A stretch of DNA of 64,000 bases from Bacillota bacterium (GCA_029007725.1 JAQXIJ010000028.1:6115-70114); one strand, 5' to 3'; counted from the first letter of the stretch, positions 18,612-27,798 are shown. The notes: a model not told the origin generated them from the letters alone. Numbers and translations are program-made.

Positions 18612-19982
18612 TTAAAAATCAACTTTAGGAAGAGTGTCGAAGCCCCTTTGCAAATCTTCATCGGTCGGGATATAGTCGGTCATTGTACCGTCGTTAAATG
18701 CCTTGTATGCTGACAGGTCAAAGTAGCCCGTTCCGGTCAGCCCGAAAATAATGGTCTTTTCTTCGCCTGATTCCTTGCATTTAAGCGCCTCATCGATTGC
18801 TACACGGATTGCGTGTGATGACTCGGGCGCAGGCAGAGTACCCTCTGTTTTTGCGAAAAAGGTTGCGGCTTCAAATACCTTTGTCTGTTCAACAGCCACC
18901 GCATCTATGTAGCCGTCATGATACAGCTTTGAAAGTATAGCAGACATACCGTGGTAACGCAAGCCACCAGCGTGGTTCGGTGAAGGCATAAATCCGCTGC
19001 CGAGAGTGTACATTTTTATAAGCGGTGTGGTTTTTCCGGTGTCGCCGAAATCAAAGGCATATTTTCCTCGTGTCAGTGATGGGCAGGATGCAGGCTCGAC
19101 TGCAATGAACTTTATGTCCGATTTGCCCTCGAGATTGTCTGCCATAAACGGAGAAATCAGTCCGCCTAGGTTAGATCCACCGCCGGCACAGCCGATGATT
19201 ATGTCTGGATGAATGTCATATTTTTCGCAGGCGGTCTTTGTTTCTTGACCGATTACGGTCTGATGCAGCAAAACGTGGTTTAAAACGCTGCCCAGAACAT
19301 AGCGGCAGTTCGGTGTATGAGTTGCGACCTCCATAGCCTCGGAGATTGCACAGCCAAGCGAACCTCCAGTTCCGGGGTTTTCCGCAAGAATTTTTCTGCC
19401 GACTTGGGTGGTGGTGGACGGCGACTTGATAACCTTTCCGCCGTAGGTTTCTATAACCGATTTGCGATAAGGTTTCTGCTCCGCCGAAACCTTAACCATG
19501 TAAACCGTAAGATCCATACCGTAGAACGCACACGCCATTGACAACGCCGTGCCCCACTGTCCTGCTCCAGTTTCGGTGGTGAGCGAAGTGAGCCCCTGTT
19601 TTTTTGCATAGTAAACCTGTGCGATAGCGGAGTTCAACTTGTGAGAGCCGGATGTGTTTGTACCCTCAAATTTGTAGTATATTTTTGCCGGGGTGTCAAG
19701 CGCTTTTTCAAGATTATATGCACGCACCAACGGAGACGGGCGGTACATTTTATAAAATGCCTGAACTTCTTCCGGAATGTCGATAAGCTTGTCGGTTACG
19801 TTGAGCTCCTGCTTGATAAGCTCGTGACAGAACACCGGCTCCAAGTCTTCTGCCGTACACGGCTGTCCGGTTGCTGGATTGATGAAAGGCTCTGGCAGTT
19901 CCTTCATGTACGGTCTGATGTTGACCCACTGTTTTGGCATTTCACTTTCTTCAAGATAAATTTTGTACGGAATTTTCGCCAT
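18612..19982 (-). CDS. trpB: TrpB-like PLP-dependent enzyme (tryptophan synthase beta, TrpB2 type)
   Basis: 456 aa with the long N-terminal extension typical of TrpB2 (MAKIPYKIYLEESEMPKQW...). ...FEGTNTSGSHKLNSA (PLP lysine) and ...GCAGGGSN. Confidence 0.9.
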   Translation of the reverse strand: MAKIPYKIYLEESEMPKQWVNIRPYMKELPEPFINPATGQPCTAEDLEPVFCHELIKQELNVTDKLIDIPEEVQAFYKMYRPSPLVRAYNLEKALDTPAKIYYKFEGTNTSGSHKLNSAIAQVYYAKKQGLTSLTTETGAGQWGTALSMACAFYGMDLTVYMVKVSAEQKPYRKSVIETYGGKVIKSPSTTTQVGRKILAENPGTGGSLGCAISEAMEVATHTPNCRYVLGSVLNHVLLHQTVIGQETKTACEKYDIHPDIIIGCAGGGSNLGGLISPFMADNLEGKSDIKFIAVEPASCPSLTRGKYAFDFGDTGKTTPLIKMYTLGSGFMPSPNHAGGLRYHGMSAILSKLYHDGYIDAVAVEQTKVFEAATFFAKTEGTLPAPESSHAIRVAIDEALKCKESGEEKTIIFGLTGTGYFDLSAYKAFNDGTMTDYIPTDEDLQRGFDTLPKVDF

Positions 19983-20016
19983 GATAAAAACCTCTTTTCT
20001 TTAATTTGCAGAAAAT

Positions 20017-20051
20017 AAAAAAGCCCTTGCTCGAATATGCCAGAACAAGGG
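20017..20051 (-). terminator. Leader (attenuator) terminator upstream of trpB2
   Basis: Minus-strand RNA CCCUUGUUC-UGGCAUAUUC-GAGCAAGGG, followed by CUUUUUUAUUUU. It lies between the promoter and the trpB2 start codon. Confidence 0.75.
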
Positions 20052-20098
20052 TATAGTTTTTATACGGTAAAAGAAATTTCATAATTAAATTTTAAAAT

Positions 20099-20151
20099 CT
20101 CATCTAATCTAATTAGGTTTTCAAAAAACTAATCTGTTCTAATCTATTCTC
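20099..20151 (-). promoter_or_regulatory. 5-nt-periodic NAG triplet array (TRAP-binding-site-like) in the trpB2 leader
   Basis: Minus-strand RNA GAG-aa-UAG-au-UAG-aa-CAG-au-UAG, a 17-nt gap, then UAG-au-UAG-au-GAG. All triplets share one 5-nt register. That register spans 11 slots, 8 of them occupied. Confidence 0.5.
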
Positions 20152-20162
20152 TGCTTGATGAC

Positions 20163-20191
20163 AATATAGCAGAAAATAAATGCCGTGTCAA
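20163..20191 (-). promoter_or_regulatory. Sigma-70-type promoter of the trpB2 leader
   Basis: On the minus strand: TTGACA (20191-20186), 17-nt spacer, TATATT (20168-20163). Confidence 0.7.
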
Positions 20192-20215
20192 GGGTTTTTG
20201 TAAAAAAAGTTTAAA

Positions 20216-21082
20216 TTAAATTTTTCGAATATCCATATCGTGCGGAACGGGCGCGATTATTTCAATTTTTTCGCTGTTTATAGGGTGGATAAAATTCAGT
20301 TTGCGGCAGTGCAGGAACAGTCGTCTGTTTTCTGCAATGCCGTACAGGCTGTCGCCTAAAATCGGTATTCCTATATGCACCATATGAAGCCTAAGCTGAT
20401 GTGTCCTGCCGGTGCGAGGAACGAGCCGCGCAAGACTCAGTCCGTTCGCTTCGTCAATTATTGTGTAGTCGGAAACCGCCGGTTTTCCGTCCTGGCTTAT
20501 GCAGCGTTTTATGATTCCATTATGTTCACGTCGTATTGGTGCGGAAATTCTGCCGGACTTTTCGTATACCGTTCCGACGCATATAGCAAGATATTCCTTA
20601 TATAGTTCCTTTGCACGAAGCTGTTCCGAAAGGCGGGCGCAGGCGTATGCGTTTTTTGCAATGAGCACCACACCGGACGTTTCACGGTCGAGCCGCGTTA
20701 CGGCACGGAAGGTAAACGGCGCATCCTTATAATAGTAGCAAACCGCATTTGCAAGAGTGCCCTCAAAGTGCCCATGAGATGGATGCGTGGGCATATTGTA
20801 TGGCTTGTTTACCGCCAGAAGATCCTCATCTTCATGCAAAATATCAAGAGGAATATTGTTGGGGACAATGCCTTGTGAGCTGGATTCGGGGAGGATTATG
20901 CTCAGTCTGTCACCGACGCTGACCAATTTGTTCACAAATACTCGTTCACCGTTTAAGAAAATTCCACCGCCATTTTTAAGCCGTGTTATCATTGCGGCGG
21001 AAAAACAAAAATTGGTTTTGAGAATATATTTTATTTCTTTGCCGCAAAGGCTGTCTGTGATGTCAAGTATAAATTGTCGCAT
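20216..21082 (-). CDS. RluA-family 23S rRNA/tRNA pseudouridine synthase with an S4-like N-terminus
   Basis: ...LLAVNKPYNMPTHPS...VTRLDRETSGVVLIAK...GRTHQLRLHM motifs. Confidence 0.9.
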   Translation of the reverse strand: MRQFILDITDSLCGKEIKYILKTNFCFSAAMITRLKNGGGIFLNGERVFVNKLVSVGDRLSIILPESSSQGIVPNNIPLDILHEDEDLLAVNKPYNMPTHPSHGHFEGTLANAVCYYYKDAPFTFRAVTRLDRETSGVVLIAKNAYACARLSEQLRAKELYKEYLAICVGTVYEKSGRISAPIRREHNGIIKRCISQDGKPAVSDYTIIDEANGLSLARLVPRTGRTHQLRLHMVHIGIPILGDSLYGIAENRRLFLHCRKLNFIHPINSEKIEIIAPVPHDMDIRKI

Positions 21083-21170
21083 TTTTTCACCTCATAATAG
21101 TATAATTATACGATAAAATGCCGCAAAGTGCAATATTTTTGATAAAATTGTACAATATTGAAATTTATGC

Positions 21171-21200
21171 TTGACAAATATCGTTCATGGGTGCTATAAT
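21171..21200 (+). promoter_or_regulatory. Sigma-70-type promoter of the aro operon leader
   Basis: TTGACA (21171-21176), 18-nt spacer, TATAAT (21195-21200). Confidence 0.7.
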
Positions 21201-21228
21201 GAAAAAAAATCGAATTTGGAGAAATAAA

Positions 21229-21312
21229 ATGAGAAACTTAAGCAGCACATTTGCATACTTTTATGGCTTTACATATTATTGTAAGGCCTTGTTGTGTTGC
21301 TCTGACAGTTAA
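21229..21312 (+). CDS. Phe/Tyr-rich leader peptide of the aromatic amino-acid operon (27 aa)
   Basis: RBS GGAGA lies 6 nt upstream of the ATG. The peptide is MRNLSSTFAYFYGFTYYCKALLCCSDS. Seven of ten consecutive codons (8-17) are Phe or Tyr. The stop is 19 nt before a terminator hairpin. Confidence 0.7.
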   Translation: MRNLSSTFAYFYGFTYYCKALLCCSDS

Positions 21313-21330
21313 TTCATTTTTGTTTTAACA

Positions 21331-21366
21331 GGACTGCAGTGTAACACACCGCAGTCCATTTTTTAT
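21331..21366 (+). terminator. Attenuator terminator of the aro operon leader
   Basis: GGACUGC-A-GUGU-aac-ACAC-c-GCAGUCC, followed by AUUUUUUAU. It lies 64 nt upstream of the DAHP synthase start. Confidence 0.8.
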
Positions 21367-21429
21367 ATAAAAAATAAGGCATGCCAACTTATTCACAAAG
21401 CGTTTTTAAGAAAGGAAAGGGACAAGAAA

Positions 21430-22437
21430 ATGATACTCGTACTTAAAGAAAATTATGACAAAAAGCAGCTTGAAAATCTTACCTCATGGCTTAAAGAACA
21501 GAACATAGACATTCACCTGAGTCAAGGTAAGCAGACGACAATTCTCGGACTTATCGGTGATACGTCCGCGCTTGATATCGATATGCTGTCAACGCTCGAC
21601 ATTGTTGAAACCGCAAAGAGAATTCAGGAGCCTTACAAAAATGCCAACAGAAAATTCCACCCGGACGACACCGTGATAAGTGTGGGAGATGTAAAAATCG
21701 GCGGCGGAAACTTTGGAATAATTGCAGGACCGTGTTCTGTCGAATCGGAGGAGCAACTCTGCACTATTGCAGAGGATGTAAAGGCTTCGGGTGCAAAAAT
21801 GCTGCGTGGAGGCGCTTTCAAGCCGAGAACATCTCCGTATGCTTTCCAGGGTCTGCGCGAAAAGGGAATTGAGCTTTTGCTGCGAGCAAAAGAAAAAACA
21901 GGACTTCCGATTGTGACAGAAATTATGGATCTTTCACATCTGCCACTGTTCAAGGATGTTGACGTCATTCAGGTTGGAGCAAGAAATATGCAGAATTTTG
22001 AGCTTTTGAAGGAGCTTGGAAAAACAAATAAGCCTATTTTGTTAAAGCGTGGTCTTTCAAGCACTTTGCAGGAGCTGCTGATGAGTGCCGAATACATCAT
22101 GGCGGGCGGAAACAGCAACGTTATACTGTGTGAGCGAGGCATAAGAACCTTTGAAACAGCAACGCGAAATACGCTTGATTTGTCGGCAGTACCGCTTTTA
22201 AGACAAATGACGCATCTGCCTATTATAGTTGACCCCAGCCACGCTACCGGAATTGCAAAGCTGGTAAAGCCTATGGCCGTTGCGGCTACGGCTGCTGGAT
22301 CAGACGGATTGATTATAGAGGTACACAACGATCCACCCCATGCATTGTGCGACGGTGCCCAGTCACTTACTCCGGAGCAGTTTGCAGACCTTAAGAAATC
22401 GGTGGATAATGTGCTGCCGTTTGCATGCAGATCATGA
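21430..22437 (+). CDS. aroF: 3-deoxy-7-phosphoheptulonate (DAHP) synthase, type I-beta, with an N-terminal regulatory domain
   Basis: A ~70-aa ferredoxin-like N-domain followed by the catalytic barrel (GPCSVES...[14 protein letters not shown]...KRG...DPSH). The architecture matches Thermotoga-type DAHPS. Confidence 0.9.
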   Translation: MILVLKENYDKKQLENLTSWLKEQNIDIHLSQGKQTTILGLIGDTSALDIDMLSTLDIVETAKRIQEPYKNANRKFHPDDTVISVGDVKIGGGNFGIIAGPCSVESEEQLCTIAEDVKASGAKMLRGGAFKPRTSPYAFQGLREKGIELLLRAKEKTGLPIVTEIMDLSHLPLFKDVDVIQVGARNMQNFELLKELGKTNKPILLKRGLSSTLQELLMSAEYIMAGGNSNVILCERGIRTFETATRNTLDLSAVPLLRQMTHLPIIVDPSHATGIAKLVKPMAVAATAAGSDGLIIEVHNDPPHALCDGAQSLTPEQFADLKKSVDNVLPFACRS

Positions 22438-23276
22438 AAATTGCAGTAATAGGACTCGGGCTTATCGGCGGTTCGATTGCAAAGGGCTTTAAAAAATACA
22501 CAGACTATGGTATACTGGGATATGATACGGATGAGACGGTTATGAAAAAAGCGCTCGAAAGCGGTGCGATTGACCGCACTTTGGGCGATGAGCTGGCGGA
22601 GTGCGACATTGTGGTACTTGGGCTCTATCCCGAAACAGCAATTAATGTTATGAAAAAATACGCTCCCATTATCGGAAAAAACACGGTTGTAACCGACTGC
22701 GGCGGTGTGAAGGAAAAGGTTTGCCGCGGAATTTTTCCGATTGCAAGGGAGTACGGCTTTACATTTATCGGAGCGCACCCTATGGCAGGTATAGAACAGT
22801 TCGGGTTTGACTGGTCAAATGCAGATATGTTTAAGGGTGCCTCGCTTATACTTACACCGTTTGATGAAACTCCTGACGAAAAGACGCTGTTTTTGTGGAA
22901 TGCATTTTCAAAAATCGGTTTTTCAAGACTTCAGATGTCAACTCCTGAAGAACATGACAAAATTATCGCATATACATCTCAGCTTGCCCACGTTGTTTCA
23001 AGCAGCTATATAAAAAGCCCAACAGCAATGAATCATACAGGTTTTTCGGCAGGTAGCTTCCGTGATATGACACGTGTTGCACGCCTGAATGAGGATATGT
23101 GGACCGAGCTGTTTTTGGAAAATGCCGGCAATCTTACAAATGAGATTGATTTTGTTGTCGACAAAATGCAGGAATTTTCAGACGCAATAAAGGCAAGGGA
23201 CGCTGAAACTCTGCGAAAGCTTTTGAAGGAAGGCAGAGAAAAAAAGGAGCTGTCTGAAAAGTGCGATATGCAGTGA
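22434..23276 (+). CDS. tyrA: Prephenate dehydrogenase
   Basis: [14 protein letters not shown] Rossmann motif, ...GAHPMAG... and ...[12 protein letters not shown] overlap with the DAHPS stop. Confidence 0.9.
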   Translation: MKIAVIGLGLIGGSIAKGFKKYTDYGILGYDTDETVMKKALESGAIDRTLGDELAECDIVVLGLYPETAINVMKKYAPIIGKNTVVTDCGGVKEKVCRGIFPIAREYGFTFIGAHPMAGIEQFGFDWSNADMFKGASLILTPFDETPDEKTLFLWNAFSKIGFSRLQMSTPEEHDKIIAYTSQLAHVVSSSYIKSPTAMNHTGFSAGSFRDMTRVARLNEDMWTELFLENAGNLTNEIDFVVDKMQEFSDAIKARDAETLRKLLKEGREKKELSEKCDMQ

Positions 23277-23344
23277 GGTTTAAGTCGTAAAAGTATTTTT
23301 ATGTAGTTAAGTTTTGTTCATTGACACGGAAAGGAATATTTATC

Positions 23345-24403
23345 ATGATGAAAAAAATTCAGGTGCGTGCGTCAACCGAATATGAGGTGCTTATATCGAG
23401 CGGAATTATGGGTGATTCGGGAAAGCTTGTGCGGCAGGTGATAAAGCCATGCCGTGTGATGCTTGTAAGCGATGATAAGGTTTTCGGACTTTACGGCGCC
23501 TGTGTACAAAAGTCGCTAGAAGAAGCCGGATATGAGGTTTCGGTGCATGTTTTCAAAAACGGAGAAAAATCAAAAATCATGCAGGAGTACATAAAGATAC
23601 TCGAAACGGCGGCGGAAAACAGGCTAACAAGAACCGACGCAATGGTGGCACTTGGAGGCGGAGTTGTCGGTGATATGACCGGTTTTGCGGCGGCGACATA
23701 TCTGCGCGGAATAAAATTTGTTCAGCTGCCGACAACATTTTTGGCTGCGGTAGATTCGTCGGTCGGAGGAAAGACGGGCGTTAATCTGAAGCACGGAAAA
23801 AACCTCGCAGGAGCATTTCATCAGCCATCGCTGGTGGTCTGCGATACCGACAGCTTTGCTACTCTAGATGACCGAACTTTTTCCGACGGTGTTGCCGAAA
23901 CGGTTAAGTGCGGAATGATATGTGATGCGGAGCTGTTCGTTAAAATGCACGGCGATTTCAGAAAAAGTATTAGTGATATTACCGCGGAATGCGTGTCGAT
24001 AAAGCGCGATGTAGTCTGTGAGGACGAGTTTGACACCGGAAAGCGGCAGCTTTTGAATTTTGGTCACACAATAGGTCATGCGATAGAGAAATGCAGCAAT
24101 TTTGAAATAACACACGGCCATGCAGTAGCAATAGGAATGGCGGCTGTGACGCGCGCCGCCGAAAAGCTTAATATCTGCGAAAAGGGTACATCGGACGCGC
24201 TTTGCGATACACTAAAAAAATGTTCTCTGCCGACGGAATGTACATTTTCGGCAAAAGAGCTTTACGGCGTGATGCTTGCGGACAAAAAGAGATCCGGCGA
24301 CGTGATTACGATTGTTGTTCCGAAAAAAATAGGCAAATGTGTATTGTATAGAATACCTGTGGTCGAGCTTTTGAATTTTGTTGAAAAAGGACTTGAAAAA
24401 TGA
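23345..24403 (+). CDS. aroB: 3-dehydroquinate synthase
   Basis: ...ALGGGVVGDMTGFAAATYLRGI.FVQLPTTFLAAVDSSVGGKTGVN... and HTIGHAIE...HGHAVAIGM metal-site motifs. Confidence 0.95.
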   Translation: MMKKIQVRASTEYEVLISSGIMGDSGKLVRQVIKPCRVMLVSDDKVFGLYGACVQKSLEEAGYEVSVHVFKNGEKSKIMQEYIKILETAAENRLTRTDAMVALGGGVVGDMTGFAAATYLRGIKFVQLPTTFLAAVDSSVGGKTGVNLKHGKNLAGAFHQPSLVVCDTDSFATLDDRTFSDGVAETVKCGMICDAELFVKMHGDFRKSISDITAECVSIKRDVVCEDEFDTGKRQLLNFGHTIGHAIEKCSNFEITHGHAVAIGMAAVTRAAEKLNICEKGTSDALCDTLKKCSLPTECTFSAKELYGVMLADKKRSGDVITIVVPKKIGKCVLYRIPVVELLNFVEKGLEK

Positions 24404-25599
24404 AGGTTATAATAACTCCGAAAAGGCTTTCAGGTAAGATATCGGCCGTCACGTCTAAGTCGGATGCACACCGTTTGATAATAGCCGCGGCACTTGCCGA
24501 CAAGCCTACAAAGATATTTATGAATAATTTTTCCGAGGATATAAACGCAACAATTGATTGCATAAAGGCTCTCGGAGGCGGATGCGAACCGATAAGCGAC
24601 GGTATAACGGTGTCGCCGATAGGGCAGGCGGCGGAAAACGTGGTGCTGCGTTGCCGTGAAAGCGGCTCTACAGCAAGGTTTATGCTTCCTGTCGCGGCGG
24701 CGGTGTGTAAAAATGCAGAGGTTTGCGGAAGTGCGCGGCTGATTGAGCGACCTTTTGCTGAGCTTACGCGCGTTCTGCGCAGCCATGGTACCGAAATCGA
24801 CCGTGATTTTCTGCCAATAAAGCTACGCGGCGGAATTACCGGAGGCGAGTTTGCGCTTGCTGGCAACATCAGCTCTCAGTATATTACCGGACTTTTGTTC
24901 GCACTGCCGTTGGTTGCGGGCGGCGGAAAAATCTGTCTTACAACGCCGCTGGAATCGGCGGCATATGTGGATATGACATTGGATACGCTTGAAAAATTCG
25001 GTGTTCGGATAAATGTCGGTGACGGTTTTTATGAAGTGGGTCAGCAGAAATATATTTCGCCGGGTGAGATTTTTGCGGATGGTGACTGGTCAAATGCGGC
25101 ATTTTGGATTGCGGCAAATACTATGGGAGCAGCGGTGGAAGTCGGCGGCTTGTCCGAAAGTTCGCATCAGGGTGACAAAAGGATCATCGGACTTTTGCAC
25201 AAAAACGAAATTGACGCATCACAGATCCCAGATCTTGTTCCTATACTTGCGACTGCGGCTGCGGCGAAAAAGGGTAGGACGGTTATAAAAAATGCTGCGC
25301 GGCTGCGGCTGAAGGAAAGCGACAGGTTGACCGCCATGTGCAAAAATCTTAACAGTATAGGAGGAGAAGTCACCGAAACTGCCGATGGATTGGTAATAAA
25401 CGGACATGGATTTCTTTTGGGAGGAGAGGTTTGCGGCTTCAACGACCACAGGATAGTAATGGCTATGGCGATTGCTTCAATTATATGTATGGATAAGCTT
25501 GCGATAAACGGTGCAGAGGCTGTAAAAAAGTCATATCCGGCATTTTTTAATGATTTTAGAAAGCTTGGGGGTGTTTTTGATGTCGTATCAGATAGGTGA
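24400..25599 (+). CDS. aroA: 3-phosphoshikimate 1-carboxyvinyltransferase (EPSP synthase)
   Basis: ...SKSDAHR... and ...ESGSTARF... followed by ...LKESDRL...DHRIVMA motifs. At 399 aa it is somewhat short for the family. Confidence 0.9.
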   Translation: MKVIITPKRLSGKISAVTSKSDAHRLIIAAALADKPTKIFMNNFSEDINATIDCIKALGGGCEPISDGITVSPIGQAAENVVLRCRESGSTARFMLPVAAAVCKNAEVCGSARLIERPFAELTRVLRSHGTEIDRDFLPIKLRGGITGGEFALAGNISSQYITGLLFALPLVAGGGKICLTTPLESAAYVDMTLDTLEKFGVRINVGDGFYEVGQQKYISPGEIFADGDWSNAAFWIAANTMGAAVEVGGLSESSHQGDKRIIGLLHKNEIDASQIPDLVPILATAAAAKKGRTVIKNAARLRLKESDRLTAMCKNLNSIGGEVTETADGLVINGHGFLLGGEVCGFNDHRIVMAMAIASIICMDKLAINGAEAVKKSYPAFFNDFRKLGGVFDVVSDR

Positions 25600-26659
25600 A
25601 AAAATCAGAGTAACAATTTTCGGTCAGTCACATTCCGAAGCAATCGGTGCGGTGATTGACGGCATACCGGCGGGGATACGTCTTGATACGGATAAAATAA
25701 GAGCGCATATGCAAAGGCGCGCGCCGGGCAGGGACAGATTTTCGACGCCGCGCCGCGAGACGGACGAGCCGGAAATAATCTCCGGTCTTTCGGATGGAAT
25801 CACCTGCGGTGCACCGATTTGCGCAGTAATAAAAAACACTAACACTAAAAGCAGCGATTACGAAAGTTTAAAATATCTGCCGCGCCCCGGTCATTCCGAC
25901 TTTGCGGCATTTATGAAATACGGCGGCGCGAACGATATACGCGGCGGAGGGCAGTTTTCGGGCAGAATGACGGCACCGCTTTGTTTCGCAGGTGCGGTGT
26001 GTATGCAGCTGCTTGAAGAAGATGGCATTTTTGTCGGTGCGCATATTGCGAAAATTCACGGCGTGAGTGATGAAGCGTTCGATGCGGCAAATGTGGAAAA
26101 GAATTTGCTTGACGGTCTGAAAAACAAGCCTTTTGCGGTCATTTCGGATGCGCAAGGGGAAAAAATGAAGGCAGAAATTGCGAAGGCAAAAGAAAATCTT
26201 GACTCTGTAGGCGGCGTTATTGAATGTGCAGTTTTGGGTATGCCTCCCGGAATCGGCGGTGCACTGTTTGACGGACTGGAGGGCTGTATTTCAAAGGCGG
26301 TTTTCGGTATTCCGGCGGTGAAGGGAATTGAATTCGGCGCGGGATTTGCAGCGGCAGATATGTACGGCTCGGAAAATAACGACAGCTTTTATTTTGCAGA
26401 GAACGGCAAGGTGAAAACGCGTACGAACAATCACGGAGGAATTCTCGGCGGAATTTCAAGCGGAATGCCACTGATTTTCAGAACAGCGGTGAAACCCACA
26501 CCATCAATAGCGTGCACGCAGAAGACGGTAAACCTTAAGACCGGCACGGAGGAAAAACTTAAAATAACGGGGCGGCATGATCCGTGCATCGTGCATCGTG
26601 CTGTACCGGCGGTCGAATCGGCTGCTGCGATTGCGATTCTTGACAAAATGAGAGGTTGA
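25580..26659 (+). CDS. aroC: Chorismate synthase
   Basis: ...FGQSHSEAIGAVIDG.P...RRAPGR...RPGHSD...GGGQFSGR...GGISSG motifs. The start overlaps the aroA 3' end. Confidence 0.95.
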   Translation: MSYQIGEKIRVTIFGQSHSEAIGAVIDGIPAGIRLDTDKIRAHMQRRAPGRDRFSTPRRETDEPEIISGLSDGITCGAPICAVIKNTNTKSSDYESLKYLPRPGHSDFAAFMKYGGANDIRGGGQFSGRMTAPLCFAGAVCMQLLEEDGIFVGAHIAKIHGVSDEAFDAANVEKNLLDGLKNKPFAVISDAQGEKMKAEIAKAKENLDSVGGVIECAVLGMPPGIGGALFDGLEGCISKAVFGIPAVKGIEFGAGFAAADMYGSENNDSFYFAENGKVKTRTNNHGGILGGISSGMPLIFRTAVKPTPSIACTQKTVNLKTGTEEKLKITGRHDPCIVHRAVPAVESAAAIAILDKMRG

Positions 26660-26664
26660 CAAAT

Positions 26665-27798
26665 ATGGATTTGGAAAATGTAAGAACAGACATAGACAAT
26701 ATAGACGATAAGCTGGTAAAGCTTTTTGTAGAGCGAATGAGCGACGTGCTTGAGGTTGCAAAGTATAAAAAAGAACATAATCTGCCTGTTTATAACGGAC
26801 AGCGCGAACGCGAAATTATAAACAGCCTTACTGCAAAGGTGCCGGAGGAGCTGGCGCTTTATGTAAAGGTACTTTACGGAACTCTGTTTGATGTCAGCAG
26901 GTCATACCAAAGCAAAAAAATCGCAAAATCCTCTAAAATTGTTGAAGACATAAAGACTGCACTTGCGGACACAGACAACAAATTTCCCGATTATGCGGTT
27001 GTTGCATGTCAGGGAACCGAGGGTGCGTATTCGCAGAAAGCTTGCGAGAAACTGTTTTTCAATCCGTCGGTGATGTTTTTCGAAAATTTCAAGGGAGTGT
27101 TTGACGCTGTTGACAGCGGAATGTGCCGGTATGGGGTTCTGCCGCTTGAAAACAGCATCTACGGCACGGTTACCGAGGTTTGTGACTTGATGAACAGATA
27201 TGATTTTTCTATTGTCAAAGCGGCGAAAATTCAGATAAATCACATTCTTGCGACGAAAAGCGGCACGACCGAAATAACAGAGATTTTTTCGCACAGACAG
27301 GCAATCGGGCAGTGCGAAAAGTTTTTGAAAGGTCTTAAGAATGTTAAGATTACCCCGTGCGAAAATACGGCTGTGGCGGCATCTATGGTGGCAAAGTCTG
27401 ACAGAAACGACGTTGCCGCAATTTGCTCTAAGGAGTGTGCATCACTCTACGGTCTCAGTGTGATGAAGGATTCAATTGCCGACAGCGACAACAACTATAC
27501 AAGATTCATCTGCATTTCAAAGAAAAAGGAGATTTATCCTGGTGCGGACAAAATCAGCTTTATGATAACTCTGCCGCACACCGCAGGTTCACTGTATGCA
27601 ACAATTTCAAAGTTTGCAGCTGCGGGGATAAACCTTACAAAAATCGAGAGCCGTCCAATCGCTGGAAGAGACTTTGAGTTTTCGTTTTATTTTGAAATGG
27701 AGGTTTCGGTTTATTCGGATGAGCTTTACGCAATTTTGGCTGAGCTGGAAAACTCGGACGAAAAGTTTAAATTTTACGGATGCTATCTTGAAACATAA
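26665..27798 (+). CDS. pheA: Bifunctional chorismate mutase / prephenate dehydratase (P-protein) with a C-terminal ACT domain
   Basis: AroQ chorismate mutase N-terminus (LENVRTDIDNIDDKLVKLFVERM), a PDT domain (...VACQGTEGAYS...ENS.YG.V...TRF) and an ACT region. A TTG at 26656 is an alternative start. Confidence 0.9.
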   Translation: MDLENVRTDIDNIDDKLVKLFVERMSDVLEVAKYKKEHNLPVYNGQREREIINSLTAKVPEELALYVKVLYGTLFDVSRSYQSKKIAKSSKIVEDIKTALADTDNKFPDYAVVACQGTEGAYSQKACEKLFFNPSVMFFENFKGVFDAVDSGMCRYGVLPLENSIYGTVTEVCDLMNRYDFSIVKAAKIQINHILATKSGTTEITEIFSHRQAIGQCEKFLKGLKNVKITPCENTAVAASMVAKSDRNDVAAICSKECASLYGLSVMKDSIADSDNNYTRFICISKKKEIYPGADKISFMITLPHTAGSLYATISKFAAAGINLTKIESRPIAGRDFEFSFYFEMEVSVYSDELYAILAELENSDEKFKFYGCYLET

